A DNA stretch of 63,350 bases, filler included, from Reticulomyxa filosa (Eukaryota > Protista > Foraminifera), in the NCBI GenBank assembly GCA_000512085.1. It is 16 parts of 16 records of this genome, joined end to end, with 100 filler letters (N's around TTAATTAATTAA, not from the genome) between each part and the next. Parts side by side here need not be neighbours in the genome. Positions count along the whole stretch, not along the records: positions 8,821 to 25,515 come from ASPP01006613.1; 15 more parts are not named here. One strand, 5' to 3'. Positions within the stretch are counted from its first letter, which is position 1, and every line of letters begins with the position of its first letter. The position numbers were made by a program, and so were the translations under genes. The notes under the pieces were generated by a model. That model saw only the letters and a program-made list of their open reading frames with translations. It ran no database searches and was not told the origin of the DNA. Shown piece after piece: positions 12,874-25,615 of this stretch.

Positions 12874-14274
12874 GAATGTGCGACTCCTTTCTTTATCTTT
12901 ATCTTTAATGGAGCTACTCTTATTGATACTGGCAGTACGTCGTCGTTTGTGATCTCTGTTCTCACTTTCACGTTTATCTCGGTTTATGTCCTTGCGTTGC
13001 TTTTTTGTTTCTCTTTTTTTCCTTCTTATCCTTCGATCCTCATCACTATCATTATCATTATCATTATCATTATCACTATCATTATCGTCATTGTCACTAC
13101 TGCCTCGAATAGTACTGGTCGCGTACGACAAGGTCTGCGTGACCGTGGTGGTCATCGTTTCCATCAATCCCAAAGTGTACTTCCACGCGTTGTTGAGCAA
13201 GTTCTGATCAAACACATCGCCGTCGTCGATCGGGATGTTGGAGCCACTGATGGTGGAAGAGGTTGGACGATGCATGTTCACTTTCAATTTTTTGGAGACG
13301 CGTTTGCCGGTCAGTTCTTTGATGTAGTTGCGCATGTTTTCCATTTCGTTGGAGAACTCCAACACCAACTGGAGTTTGGAGCGCATCAGTTCTTTGTACT
13401 GTTGCTTGAGAGCCTCCATTTCGCTCTTGTGTTCGTCCCACTCCGTCTGGGTGACGGGCATGTGCAAGGGGATTGTGGGATCGTCGCTGCGTGCCAAAAT
13501 GGTGCGCAAGTCGGTGTTGGCACGCGACAAACGATTGGTCAATGTGCGTTGATGTTTGTGCAGTGTTTCAATTTCCTTTTCCATCTTGGAAATGGTGGCA
13601 TTCGATTGCGTCTGCACATGTTCTTTGCTGGTTTGCAGCTGTTCGATTTTCTTTTCCAATTCCGGAACACGACTGATTACTTTGGTGAGACGCAGGATCT
13701 CTTCGATCTTGTTCCCATTGTCCAATTGTAGCTCCTTTAATTTATCGCTTTCGCTCCTTTTCAATCGGTCGTTTTGCACTTCCAATAGATGCAAGTCCTT
13801 TTTCAAATGGTTTGCCTCGATTGTCTTTTGGAGCACCACACTGTCATAGTGTTTCGTGGTCTTGTGCAGCTCCTGTCTTTGCTCAAATAGCTGCGCTTTG
13901 AACAAGCTCTCACTTGTATTTACTCCTCCCATTTTCATCAGCTCGTCACACTGCGCTTCGCTGCTCTCGAGGTTTTTCTTCGCTTTTGCAATTTCCATTT
14001 GCAAATGCTTCTTCTCCATTGCATGTTTTTGCTTCATATTTTCCATGTCCGTCTTGAATGTTATTTGCATCTCCAACAACTTGTCCATCTCTTCTTCTTC
14101 TTCTTCTTCTTCTTTCTTTTTTTCTTTCCGACATTGTGAACTTGAAAATGGACGATGACAATGCAGCAATGCTCTTCCTTTTGCCCACTGTTTCTTTGTC
14201 CGTCGGCAAGACCGATGTGGTAGTCACCAACTCGGAGGAGGAGAAAGAAGAGGAAGTAGGTATTGAATTGTTTC

Positions 14275-14319
<45 letters not shown>

Positions 14320-16299
14320 CATACTTGCCATCGTTAACATTGGCATTGGAATTGGTATTGCTATTGCTAATGGCGGATTGAACTTGTGAGCTGGACGATA
14401 CTTCGTTGAAACAAGCTTTGCGTAGCGAATCGCGCGTGGCTTCGAGTTCGGCTTTGATTTGGCTGAAATTGTGCTCGGTCAATTCAGTTTGAGTTTGAGT
14501 TCTTCAAAGCGCAACTGTTCGGCTTCGAGTTTTTTTTGAAGCGCAACGAGTTGTTCGTGCGGGACCATTTGGGAGTGAATCTGTTGTTGTGATCCCTTCA
14601 GCTCGTTCATCAAGTTGAGCGTGTCATGATAATTCTGCAAAGCATTTTTCATAAGCAGCTCGTCTCTTCTCCACGCGTCAAAGACCGAGTCCAAAAACTG
14701 TTTGAGCAATTGTTTGCCGGGGTTGGCTACGACTTTTTCCAAGTCTCGGACTGTCATGGACGAAATAGGGATTGGCAAGCATGTTGAAGAGTGTTCATCA
14801 TCATCATCATCATCATTATGGTTGTTATTGTTGTTGTGATAGTAATCACCAGCAACGTCTTCAGGCAATGGCAATTGGTGTTGCGTAATGTAATGTTCGA
14901 GACATTGCACACGTACTTGAGAGCGTTGGCACTCGGCCATGAGATCGCGAATGACATCCGAGATGATCACCTTCATGTGCTTATACCACTGCGCGAGTTG
15001 ATGTCGACTAATGTGTTCGGGCAGTTGAAGCGCCTCATGACTGAAGATGGAACACTGCAAGTCAAAGTCGAGATTGATGGTCAAATTGACATCCGTACCA
15101 CCACTTTGTGCGAGTTTGCGATTTTCCTTTAGCACGTGGCCCAAGTCGATCTTGAGTGCAATGAGCTGGTCCTTGCATTGCTCCAGCTCTTTCTGCGTAT
15201 CGACAAGCAAGCCATTTCGATTTTCTAGTTGCTTTTCAAAAGTGACTTGATGCTCTTTTATCGCGTATTCATACTTGGCGGTTGTCTCAAGTAACTTGGA
15301 TGTCATCTCTTCTTTTTCTTTGTGCGTCTGACTGGCTTGTTCGCGAATGCCTTCCATCTGGTTCGTCAAGTCCTCGCATTGTTTCACCACATTGTCGTAG
15401 TTCTCCGTCTTTGACTTCATTTGTCTAATCTCTTGCTCACGACGCTCCACAATACTTTGCATTTCCTTCACCGTATCCTCCAATTGCTTGCTGTAGTCGG
15501 TCATTTTTTCCAGCTCTTCCATCGCTCGTTTCAGATCCTTTTCTTGCTCTTCCAACTCCTTCACGTCAAACTTTTGCTTCAACTCTGTCAACTCGTTTCG
15601 CGTCGCTATACACAAATTCTCCAATCTCTCGCTCTCCATTTTCATCTCTGTCATTTGCTTCTCTTTGTCCTCCAATGTCTTATCCTTACTCTGCAATATC
15701 TTCTCATAGTCTTGCATCTTTTGTCGCAATATCGCAAGCTCGTTCTTATATTGTCCATCTTCTTCTCCTTCTTCTTCTTCTGAAGAGGATTTCAATCCCA
15801 ATCCTAACTTCTTCAGTAAACTTGGATTCACTTTATCTATTTCATCCGATCCTCGACTCTCTGGTGTCACCACCGCTGCTGCTGCTGCTCCATGCTTCTT
15901 CAATTCTTCCAATTGCTGCTCCAACTCTTTTCGCTCCTCTCTCTCCAACTTCAATTCTGTATTCAATTTCTTTATCATCTCACCCCACTGCTCACGCTCT
16001 CTGTAAAATTCCGCTTGTTGCTCCAGCTTCTTCTTACTGCTTATCCATTCGCCGTCTTTGTCATTGTCTTTGTCGTTGTTTCTGTCCTCCTTACTCGGGC
16101 CCTTCTCCTGTCTTGAACTTTTCTCTTCTTTCGATCTTTTTGTACTGACGCTCTCACTGTCCTTGTCCTTCTTTGACGAACGCACAGTCCCTTCATCTTG
16201 GCCAGAAAGCTTTCTTTTCGGATCAGTCTTTGACGCCAGTGTGCTGGCCTTCTTTTCACTGTCCTTTGAGGACTCTTGTACTTTCCTTTGCTTTGACAT
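11848..16299 (-). CDS. Large (~1480 aa) coiled-coil / low-complexity protein split by two 1-nt frameshifts
   Basis: ORFs 14479-16299, 13946-14482 and 11848-14169 abut with continuous coding composition. The frame is restored by +1 nt near 14485 and -1 A in the A7 run at 14117-14123. Long E/K/Q/L heptads plus poly-N, poly-E and poly-D tracts. Confidence 0.75.
12829..12873. repeat. (AAT)n microsatellite encoding poly-Asn
   Basis: Pure TTA run. Similar runs occur at ~14276-14318, 37483-37518 and 60224-60262, and (GAA)n runs at ~12502, 14090 and 31118. Confidence 0.95.
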
Positions 16300-16682
16300 A
16301 TACCAAATATTTGGATTATGTCCTTTTTTTAAAAAAACGCTTGGAACGCTTTAAAAAAAACACTTTACACTCTATTTTTTTTCTATTTCAAAAAAAAGCT
16401 AAAGTGAACAGCTTGATTTCATTAAAATTCGTTATTTTGCTGTGCAAAGAACCCTTGGCTCAAATTTATTATTTTGTAGATAATAACTCAATTTTTTCAT
16501 ATATCTTATTCGTTCTTAAATGTTTATCGCTATTTTTTCAAATAATCTCCAATGTAATCCATGACCCACATTTACCTTTTTGCCTTGGCCACATGCCAAC
16601 TTAGCCATAAAAGAATAAAAAATCATTTATCTTGCTTTTTTTGCTACTAATTTACATAAAATGCTTTCTAAGCACATAACAT

Positions 16683-17601
16683 AAATACGTGTTTGAAATT
16701 CAATGAATTTTTTGCAAGTTTTGATTTTTGATTTTTTGATATTGCATTGCTTGTCTCATTTGATATGCCTCAGCCCATTATAAAACCATTTTTTTCTTTT
16801 TTCAAAATAAAAAATAAAAAGTATCATGCATATAAGATGATAATGATATTTACGCATTTCGTTTATGTATGCATAAATCCAAAAAAAAATAAACATATAA
16901 AATAAAATTATATTGGTTCCAGCAATAGTTTTTTCTAAACCCACAATAATAAATTTAATTTTTTGAAATATAAATATATGGGGTGGTCACAAAAAATTAC
17001 ACATGCATAACACTTTTTAAAAAATCATTATCATATTTATAATTTGAAAAATTATTGCGTTTTCATATTTGAAAAAAGAAATTTAAGTTTTTTGTGTTCT
17101 GTAGAATTATAACGTATGAAATTCAAAGCATTGCTTAGCACAAAAAAATAAATAAATCTAAGTATATGTTCAACTACTTTATCAGATAATAAAGAAACTT
17201 TGATGATGAACAAAGCAGTTAATGTGAATTTACGTTAATTGCTTCAATCATTGCAAAAAGTTTTGCTGCTAGTACTTGTATCAACAATTTCAATCAAAGG
17301 GATCATTTATTCTAAATTGAAATTGCTCATTAACTTATTAGATTGCATTGTTTACATTGATAAATGATCATATTTGAAAAAATAATTGAATGATGATACA
17401 AATAGTTCAAACAAATCAATTGCGTCATTCAATCTCATTTTACAAACTGAGAATAATATAAATATGTGTTTGAAATTCAATTTATTTCTCGCAAGTTTTG
17501 ATTTTTGATGTTTTGATATCGCATTGCTTGTATGCCGTAACTCATTACAAAACTATTTTTTCTTTTTTCAAAATAAAAAATAAAAAGTATCATGCACATA
17601 A
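16683..17601 (+). repeat. Diverged ~150-bp direct repeat pair (16683-16835 and 17460-17601)
   Basis: Both copies share GTGTTTGAAATTCAAT...GCAAGTTTTGATTTTTGAT...GCATTGCTTGT...TTTTTTCAAAATAAAAAATAAAAAGTATCATGCA. Confidence 0.9.
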
Positions 17602-19958
17602 AAATATGTTCGTTTTTTCGTTTTGTAAAAAAAAATTTTATGGACGCTTCGATGTTATGGTGAAAGTGACTATTGTGTTGGGCTGTATTTAGTGTTGTAT
17701 TGAAGTAAATTAATCACATACGTACATGCAATTTAAAAAACAGTGGACTTTTTTTTGTTGGCTTTTTACTTTTAAAAATACGAATGAAAGATTAAACATG
17801 TAAACTTATGTGTTTTAATTTATACAATTATTATTACGTCTTTAAACGTTTTAGATTGAAAATAAGTAAATCCGAAATTTTTTTTTAAATTGGCGTGTGT
17901 CACGCTTTTAAAAAAACGTAATTTTTGTGTTGTAGTTAAAGAACTTATTAACGAATGTGAAGAATTTTTTAAAATTTTTTTATTTATTATCTATGTTTGT
18001 ACTTATTTCGAAATTTTGATCAATTTTATTTGTAAGAGTGAAGATTGATGCGTATAAATATGTACCCAAAATTTAAAAAAGTTATATTTATTTCTGATTT
18101 TTGGTATGCTATTCTTTCAGTCACTAGAGTTTAAGAAATATTAATAAAAATGTTGTTATTGACGTATATCAATGGCAAAAAGTTATTATTAATGCTTCTA
18201 AGAACTCTCAGTGTGTAGCAATCGGCCGACATTTTGCTTGCGACCGTTGGAGAAGGATGAATTTTTCATTTAGAAAGCCTCTCATTATATCATGTCGATT
18301 GCATCAATCTGAATAATCGGCCTTTCTTCATACATGTTGTGGTTAGCCCAACTTCTTTTGTTGAATCTTGTTCTGTACTTTTTCCGTGTTATTTTGTATT
18401 TTCCACTCGTTTTTCAAAAAAAAGAAACGTCCAGGCGTTTTGGCAGTCGAAAGAGGAAGTACAAAAATTGGGGCATTGTTAATTCAGCAACAGTTATAAT
18501 CCGATGCTAGCAAATTGAAAGCAGCAGAAGATAGAGATCAGTAAAGAACAACACAAATGTTTCCGGTCAATGACACATCAGACGTACTCAGCCCTTTAAA
18601 AAAATATAAGCATGGAAAATCAAAAAAGCTGCTTTCTTTTATTACAGAAGATCTCGGCAAAAAAGAAAACATTTTTTTACTCAATTCAAATTTTTGCTTG
18701 CGTCAAATATCCGTTTGAATTCAAAAAATGTAAGGCAAATTTACAATATTCCTTTGTTATATACGCTTTGAGCTTTCTTTAAGAAAATGTGCATCAACTC
18801 AGCATATTCTCATCACAATACAATAAATATAAAAAAAAGGTGACAACTAAAATACTACTTTTAAAATATCTACAGCTTTTTCCTCAATTTGTAACATTTC
18901 ATTCTTTGTTTAGATCGACCGTTAAAGTAGAGATCGTGCTGTTCAACTGTTCTCTGATCGAAACTTAATTAAACACAAAATTTGCCTAAATGTACGCCAA
19001 GTCTTTGCAAAGTAGCAAATAGTAAAAAGAGGAAAGATTGATCAAATGGTATTTGATGTAAGGAATCAATTTATCAATACCTTAAATTTGAAAAACAATT
19101 TTATACGTCAACTATGTACAATTTCATATATGTGCATACCCAAAACAGGCTTAAGCTTTTCTTCGCAAAAACATGCATTAAAAAACAAGTAAGTAAACCA
19201 TCTTTACGTGTGTACCAATAGGTATTAAATTTTTAACAATATGTCTTAGTTTTATCAATTGTATAAAAATTTTTTTTATCTCAATGGATAATTGTAATAA
19301 ACGTCTATTACAAGTCGGGTCGCTGACTGTTGTTCCCATAAAAATATAAAAACTAAAAATGCTGTTATTTACTATTATTCGCCTTCAAACCAAATTCAAA
19401 CGAGAAAGCTTACGATTTGTATTAATTTGTTTGTATTTTGTACAACTTAAGCAGGGCAATGGGAAGAAAAGCAAGCCAAGTAGCAAAAGAAGGCAAACTA
19501 GATAAAAACGTGAGTTGTTAGTATTTTTTTTTTTTGCGAGTCGGACTGAAACCAAAGGACGAGAAGAAACCACCTCAAAGCCCGGCCCTTTTTCCATTTC
19601 CAAAAGCAGAAAAAAAAGCATTTTTTTGAAAAGCGCGTGTTATCGAGCCAGCTCATTTGTTCAATTGAATTATTTTCGGTGACCTAAGTAAAATAATTCA
19701 AGAACACCAGTGTTAACACTTGAAGAGTGAGTACCTCTTTTTGTAAAGCAATACGATGCAGCCTCAAAGTCATCAAAGTTAATGTTTGCAATATTTCCTT
19801 GTGTGTCAATGGGACCCAAAACAAAACAGCTGAACACACAACAATGTCTATTTTTTCTTTCGTATTTACTTTTTTTTTTTTTTTTGTTGTAATTGTCTAT
19901 TACAACAACAATCAAAAAAAAAAAAAAAAATTGGGACAAAACAGAAAATTCTGTGACA

Positions 19959-22900
19959 ATGGAATCAATGATGAGTTTGGGGAATGTTCAAGCACAACAA
20001 ATATCGACTCGAGTGGGTGGGACGCCCTCGCAAACGACACTGCCGTCATTGATTCACGCAAGATCGTTATCATCCCCGTCGTTCACAGCGTCGTCATCGT
20101 TGTTATCATCGCAAGCGACGCCGGTGATATCGGTGATGCCACGGAGCAGTACCATCACGCCCATCACAGCGACGACAACGGTAAGCGCCACCGATCTGGG
20201 TACGTCAGCAACAGCACAAACGCCGAGTATGACATATATGGATTGGAAGAACCCCAGGCCTTCGACATCTTCGGCTGTCCACGACATGAGCAGTTTTCCG
20301 TCTTTTCTTCATCCTTCTCCCTCGACTGCTGTTGTCTATGGAAGTGGGCCTACATTGCAAAACAGTATACCCAGTACATATCCGCCATACCCAACACATG
20401 GTACCTATTCGATACCCATGTCCACAACCGCAACTGCTGGTATTGCCACAGGCATAAGCATACATACAAACACAGGCACGGGCCTAGGCATGGGATCGAC
20501 AATGTCAACAATGCCAAGGCATGTGTACACTGCCAATCCTTCTTCTTCTTCTTCTTCCTCTACGTCGGTAGTGATGACCAGCGTTCCGCAATCACTTTAT
20601 GCCCCCTCTGACCTGTCCCATCCCAACTACTCCATCGGGCATATCGGATATCCAAGTCATCCCTATCCGGTCTATCCCAACACTACTACTACTACTACGT
20701 ACACACCGCCTATCAATGTCAACCTCACCTCTTTTGCTGGAAGCGCTTCCTCCACAAGTTTTTTTTTTTTTTTTTTTTTATATGCCACATAATGCGTACA
20801 TTTCATTTGTATACTTTAACCAAACAAACAGATAGATATTTTTTTTAACCCATAAGACAAACACATTAATATATACATATATATGTATATAATATTAATG
20901 TACTTATTTATACGTACTGTGTTTCCTTTTATATACACACGCACCTAAACATAAAATATAAAAGTACATCCACTGGCGTTTCCTCAATTGACTGGGAACA
21001 TCGAAATGCGCAATCAAGAGATGATCGGCTACAGCAGAAAGGGTGGTGCAATGGGGAATAACAACAGTGGTTTGACAATGTCGTTGGGGACAGCTGGCTT
21101 GAGTGGATTCTCGTCGTCCGTCAGCAATGCATCCTATGCTCCCTATGGAAACGCACAGCATAGCTACATGTCCATCGGCCGTGGAGTGGTGGGTGGTGTA
21201 CCTTCCCAAGTGTTCTCCGTCGTGACGGGAATGAATGAACCACCTTTGAGAGAACACATTCCATTGTCGTTGGTGAAAGTGAATTGGAGTGCCGACCATG
21301 TTCAAAGTGGCAGCGGTGGTAGCTATCCGCAGTACATTGGAGATTACAATGTCGCTCATAGGATACGTGATGACGGAGGTTATTCAAATGCAGGTTCCTC
21401 TCTTCAGCCAAGTGCCCCTTCTCGAAAGCATCGGCCTACACCCGCGCCGACCATGCAAATCGCAAAAGCTATCGACGGTTTTCGTCGCGTGCCCGTATTA
21501 GGGCAACCCCCTCATACCAATCGTGTTAATGTCAGTGCCAGCACCGATCGCAAGAAAAAGGCATTGAGACCCTATCTGGTCAGAGCTCGGCGTATTTTGA
21601 GACTTACCAATGATTGTGTCATTTGCGGCATGGGACAAGGTTTCCATTTTTTTTTTTTTTTTTTTGTAATGTGTCCGTTACACACTTCTTTTTTTTTTAT
21701 GTTTGATGCGATAATTAGCTGTACCAGTTGTCGCTGAAGTGGTAGAACAACTAAAAAGAGAACGTGTTGCGATTGTTGCCAGTTTTGTATATATGTATTT
21801 TTTTCCTTTCGAAAATTTAATCAATTTTTTTTTCTTTTTACCATTATTAAGCATGATCTCGCTAACGTATACATGCCTTTTTTTTTTATGCTCGCATGGC
21901 AGCGGTAAAAACTGTATATTGTGCATATATTTGCACATGCTACACACAATAGGAGTGGAAACAGACTTGTCTGAATTTGACAGCGAATTGGAAGAACATC
22001 GACCTATCATTGAAGTCTATTTGAAGGGAGGATCGCACGGTCATGTATGTTAAACTAATAGGTTTTTTTATTTTTTAAATTTTTTTTTTGCGTACATTTC
22101 AATTGTCTGTGCGATGATCATTTTCGGGACAAAAAGTTGGTGTCAGATTTTCGAAGACGTAAAGTAATTGAAATATTTGAACTACATGACAATGAGTCGG
22201 TTGGTGCATTGTCGATTGCAATCATTGAAAAGGTATCTTCCTACAAATAAATTAATTGAATAGAGAGAAAGAGGATTAAGGCTAAAGTTGAAAAAAAAGC
22301 ACTTCTTGTGTTTCATTGTATGATGCGGGGGAGGATAGATGAATCTCGCTGACAAATTTTATGCTAATACCGATTTGCGCAAAGAAGCACAAAATTTCAT
22401 TGCAGAAAAAACAGCATTGAGTCTGCCAGGTTTGTTTTTATTTTTTCTCGTGTTTCGTTGAACTGGTGAAACACAGTACCAATTTTTTTAAAAAAGGGGT
22501 AGCAACAGAAAAAATATCTATTTTTTTATACATTATAGAATTCATCCAATACTGTTCGCTCTTGATTCATCCCTTGTTATTGGAATTTCATTTCAAGTGT
22601 GCTATATTTGCGTTGGGTGGAAAAGTAGATGTGCATGATGGACCTCTGCCGGCAGTACACTCAGAAACGGATGTCTCAGTGTTGGTCCCGGCGGTGATTG
22701 GACGTGAAAAATTGTCCAAACAAAGAGAGCACTTGTTTGAAAGTGACAGTGAAAAAGAAGATGATGACGATTTAGATGATGAATTATGGTTAGGAGATGA
22801 AGACGTATTTGATGGAGATGAACACAAAAATAATGGAAAAGCAGTCTCACAAAATAATGTTCCAAAAAAAAAAAACGATTCATTGGAGTTTGGAGACCTA

Positions 22901-23049
22901 AATTATCCATCGCCGACAACAATTCCACTAATAAATCAACACAAACTATAAAAGAGAAAGCTTTGCCTTCTGGATCCACTGTTGAAGACACAGATAGTAG
23001 TGTCAGTGGAAACGAAATGACAAAAGGTTTAGAACAGCTACAATTTTGA
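19959..23049 (+). CDS. Alba-domain protein with long S/T/P-rich N-terminus and degenerate EF-hand-like pair (multi-exon)
   Basis: Splicing introns 20758-20964, 21640-21718, 21782-21952 and three more gives NRVNVSAS..KKALRPYLVRARRIL..CVICGMGQAVPVVAEVVEQLKRERVAIVARVET..PIIEVYL, matching the eukaryotic Alba pattern. This is followed by VIEIFELHDNESVGALSI and LSLPEFIQY. Probable indel in the A12 run at ~22870. Confidence 0.7.
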
Positions 23050-24089
23050 TGAAAAAATAAGATAATAACATAAATGAACAGTAAAAAAATGAAAGCAAAG
23101 ACAAGGTTTTTTTGAAGAATGTTGTCTGTTGATTTTTTCTTTGTGTCAAGAAAAAGAAAAATAGGTTATTGTTTGCGATGATCTTTTCTTTTCTAAAAGT
23201 AACTACTTTGTCTCTTCTTTTTTTATTTGCTTGTTTCTTTTTTTTGTTTGTGTTTTTTATTAGTTTGAATTTTTTGGATTATTTAAATGAAACAGTTAAA
23301 ATGCATTGTTGATCTTTTTCATTTTTTGTGTATGTCTTGAGCTGTCGCCATGCCGAAAAGCAAATATGTGAAAAAATGTTTTTATTTTTGTTTGTTCTGT
23401 TTTCGTTTTGTTTTTGTTGTTTGTTTGTCTTTTTTTTTTTGAAGCGCAGTGAGTTTTGTTTCCATTTTGTAATTCTTTTTTTGTTTTTTAACAATCAAGT
23501 CTTTCGCCATTTGAACATTTTGCGGCCAAAATAATTCCATTCAGTTAAAAACGAGATATTTACAAAATTTAAATCAAAAAAGAATAACGCATTGTTGCTA
23601 ACTAAAAAAGTAAAGCCTCCATTCAAACTCTTTCAAATAAATTATTTTTTTGGGAAGTTGATTAGTGTAACTTCATTTGGTAATTGAACCAATCATGTTT
23701 AACTTTTATTTGGATAGTTTTCTCGTCCACCTTAGTTGTTTGGAGAAATATATCCTGTTGGTGTTACAAAAAGCCAAAGAACGATCACAAACAACAAAAA
23801 ATTAATTAAAGTAAGCACGAAATGGAAATGCATTTAGTAAAGAGAAAATACTCGCCGGAAAAAATATAAAGGATAAGACGAAAAAATATAAAGTTGTGGA
23901 ACAGCTGCGAAACCACAGCATCAAACAAAGAAAAGGTGATGAAAGTGGTTGATAATATTTACTCTTTTTCATCGTTGTTTTTTTTAAAATTTGTAAATGA
24001 TATATAAGTGAAAGAGTTGTGTAAGTGTCTAAATTGTCCAAAACAATACAATAAATTCGTACTGTTAACTTCAATTATCACAAATATTT

Positions 24090-25098
24090 TCAATCTAACT
24101 TTTGATCGGTCGTATTTTTATTGAAAAAACTTTTAGTTTCGGTATCACCTAAATTAAGGTGTTTAACTATGAAAGGATGAGATGCAATTTGAGTTAATTG
24201 CATTCTTTGCAAAGGATCTTTGACCAATAGTCGTAGCATTAAATCTCTCGCAAGTGGTGAAACATGAGATGGAAAGCGAAATTCTAATTTTTTTATTTTC
24301 TGTAACGTTTTTGCTTGGTCGTTGGTTTCGAACGGAGGATTACCACACACGAATTCGAACAACAACACACCCAATGCCCAAACGTCTACGGATGGATCAT
24401 GTTTTTTTTTCTCGACCATTTCTGGTGGCAAATAGTCCAACGTTCCACACCTTTTTTTGTAAAGTGTAAAACGAAAAAAACAGTAATTTGCTTGTAAATG
24501 TAAAAAAAATTGGGTGACAAAACAATTTCTTTTTCATCATTGCTTTTTTCTTTGTGTGTCATACACAAAACATAGTGGTGCGACGTGAGTCAGGTGCATG
24601 GACACTCCATCCAAAATCAGCTAATTTAATATTATCTTTATGATCTAATAACAAATTTTCAGGTTTGATATCTCGATGGATAATGTGTTTTTTATGACAA
24701 TATTGTAGGGCATACGATAAAGCGTTAATATATTTAGCACTCCTACGCTCATCAAACTTTTGTACAGCACGTAAATGATTGAATACCTCTCCTCCTGCAC
24801 AAAATTCTAACATTAAATATACACGTTGATGGTCATGAAAATAGCCATACAAACGTATGATATGCGGATGTCTTAAATTTGCTAATATTTCAATTTCTCT
24901 TCGTAGTTGATGCTCGACATTATGTTTGATGAGTGATTGTTTCCATAAGACCTTCAACGCAATGATAAAGTGAGACTGTCTTTCTCTAGCTAAATACACT
25001 TTCCCAAATTTACCACGTCCCAGGCGTTTTCCAATTTCAAAATCTTGCAAGCACCATTCTTTTTGCTTTCCTGGAGTGGAATTCCCAACCAAGGACAT
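24090..25098 (-). CDS. AURK: Aurora kinase, 295 aa, 2 exons
   Basis: [43 protein letters not shown], and [16 protein letters not shown]|[12 protein letters not shown] after removing intron 24451-24571. Confidence 0.96.
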
Positions 25099-25615
25099 TT
25101 TTCAATCTTTTTTACAAACACCAGGGTTAAGAAAATAAAGAAAAAAGAGAATGCTCCTTTTGAAAAATTCATCAAAAAATTTTTCAGTACAAATAAAATT
25201 GAAATTGGCTGCAAAAAGATATCAATTAAAAAATAATAATTCAAAATCAAGAAAATTTGATGCCATAAAAAGTTTACTTACAAAAAAAATTTAAGCATAA
25301 TTTTATCTGTTTTAAACGTTCCAAAAAAAAAGTTAGTTGTTTATGAAACTCTAGTTACGTAGGCGTATTTATAAAAAGACAAAATTATTACTGAACTTGA
25401 TTTGTAAACATTTTTTTAATAATTTTTGGATAATAAACAAAAGACAAACGGTTTTGACATTCTAATTAAAAAACTTATATCTGAATGTTAGACATGAATT
25501 TAAAGCTTTTAGAATNNNNNNNNNNNNNNNNNNNNNNNNNNNNNNNNNNNNNNNNNNNNTTAATTAATTAANNNNNNNNNNNNNNNNNNNNNNNNNNNNN
25601 NNNNNNNNNNNNNNN

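Noticed and set aside
14117-14490. Euplotes-style programmed frameshifting or stop-codon reassignment
   Set aside because: There is no shared AAA-TAR motif at the breaks, and conserved genes (Aurora, CPR, importin-9) read and terminate under the standard code.
12094-16354. Numerous plus-strand ORFs rich in F/L/I/S runs
   Set aside because: Antisense shadows of the low-complexity coiled-coil gene. The same applies to the shadows over 41254-49048 and 29969-31300.
18200-18600. Higher-GC island in a long intergenic region, possible snoRNA or small gene
   Set aside because: All frames I read hit stops quickly and there is no clean box C/D pair with a terminal stem. Probably a decayed gene fragment.
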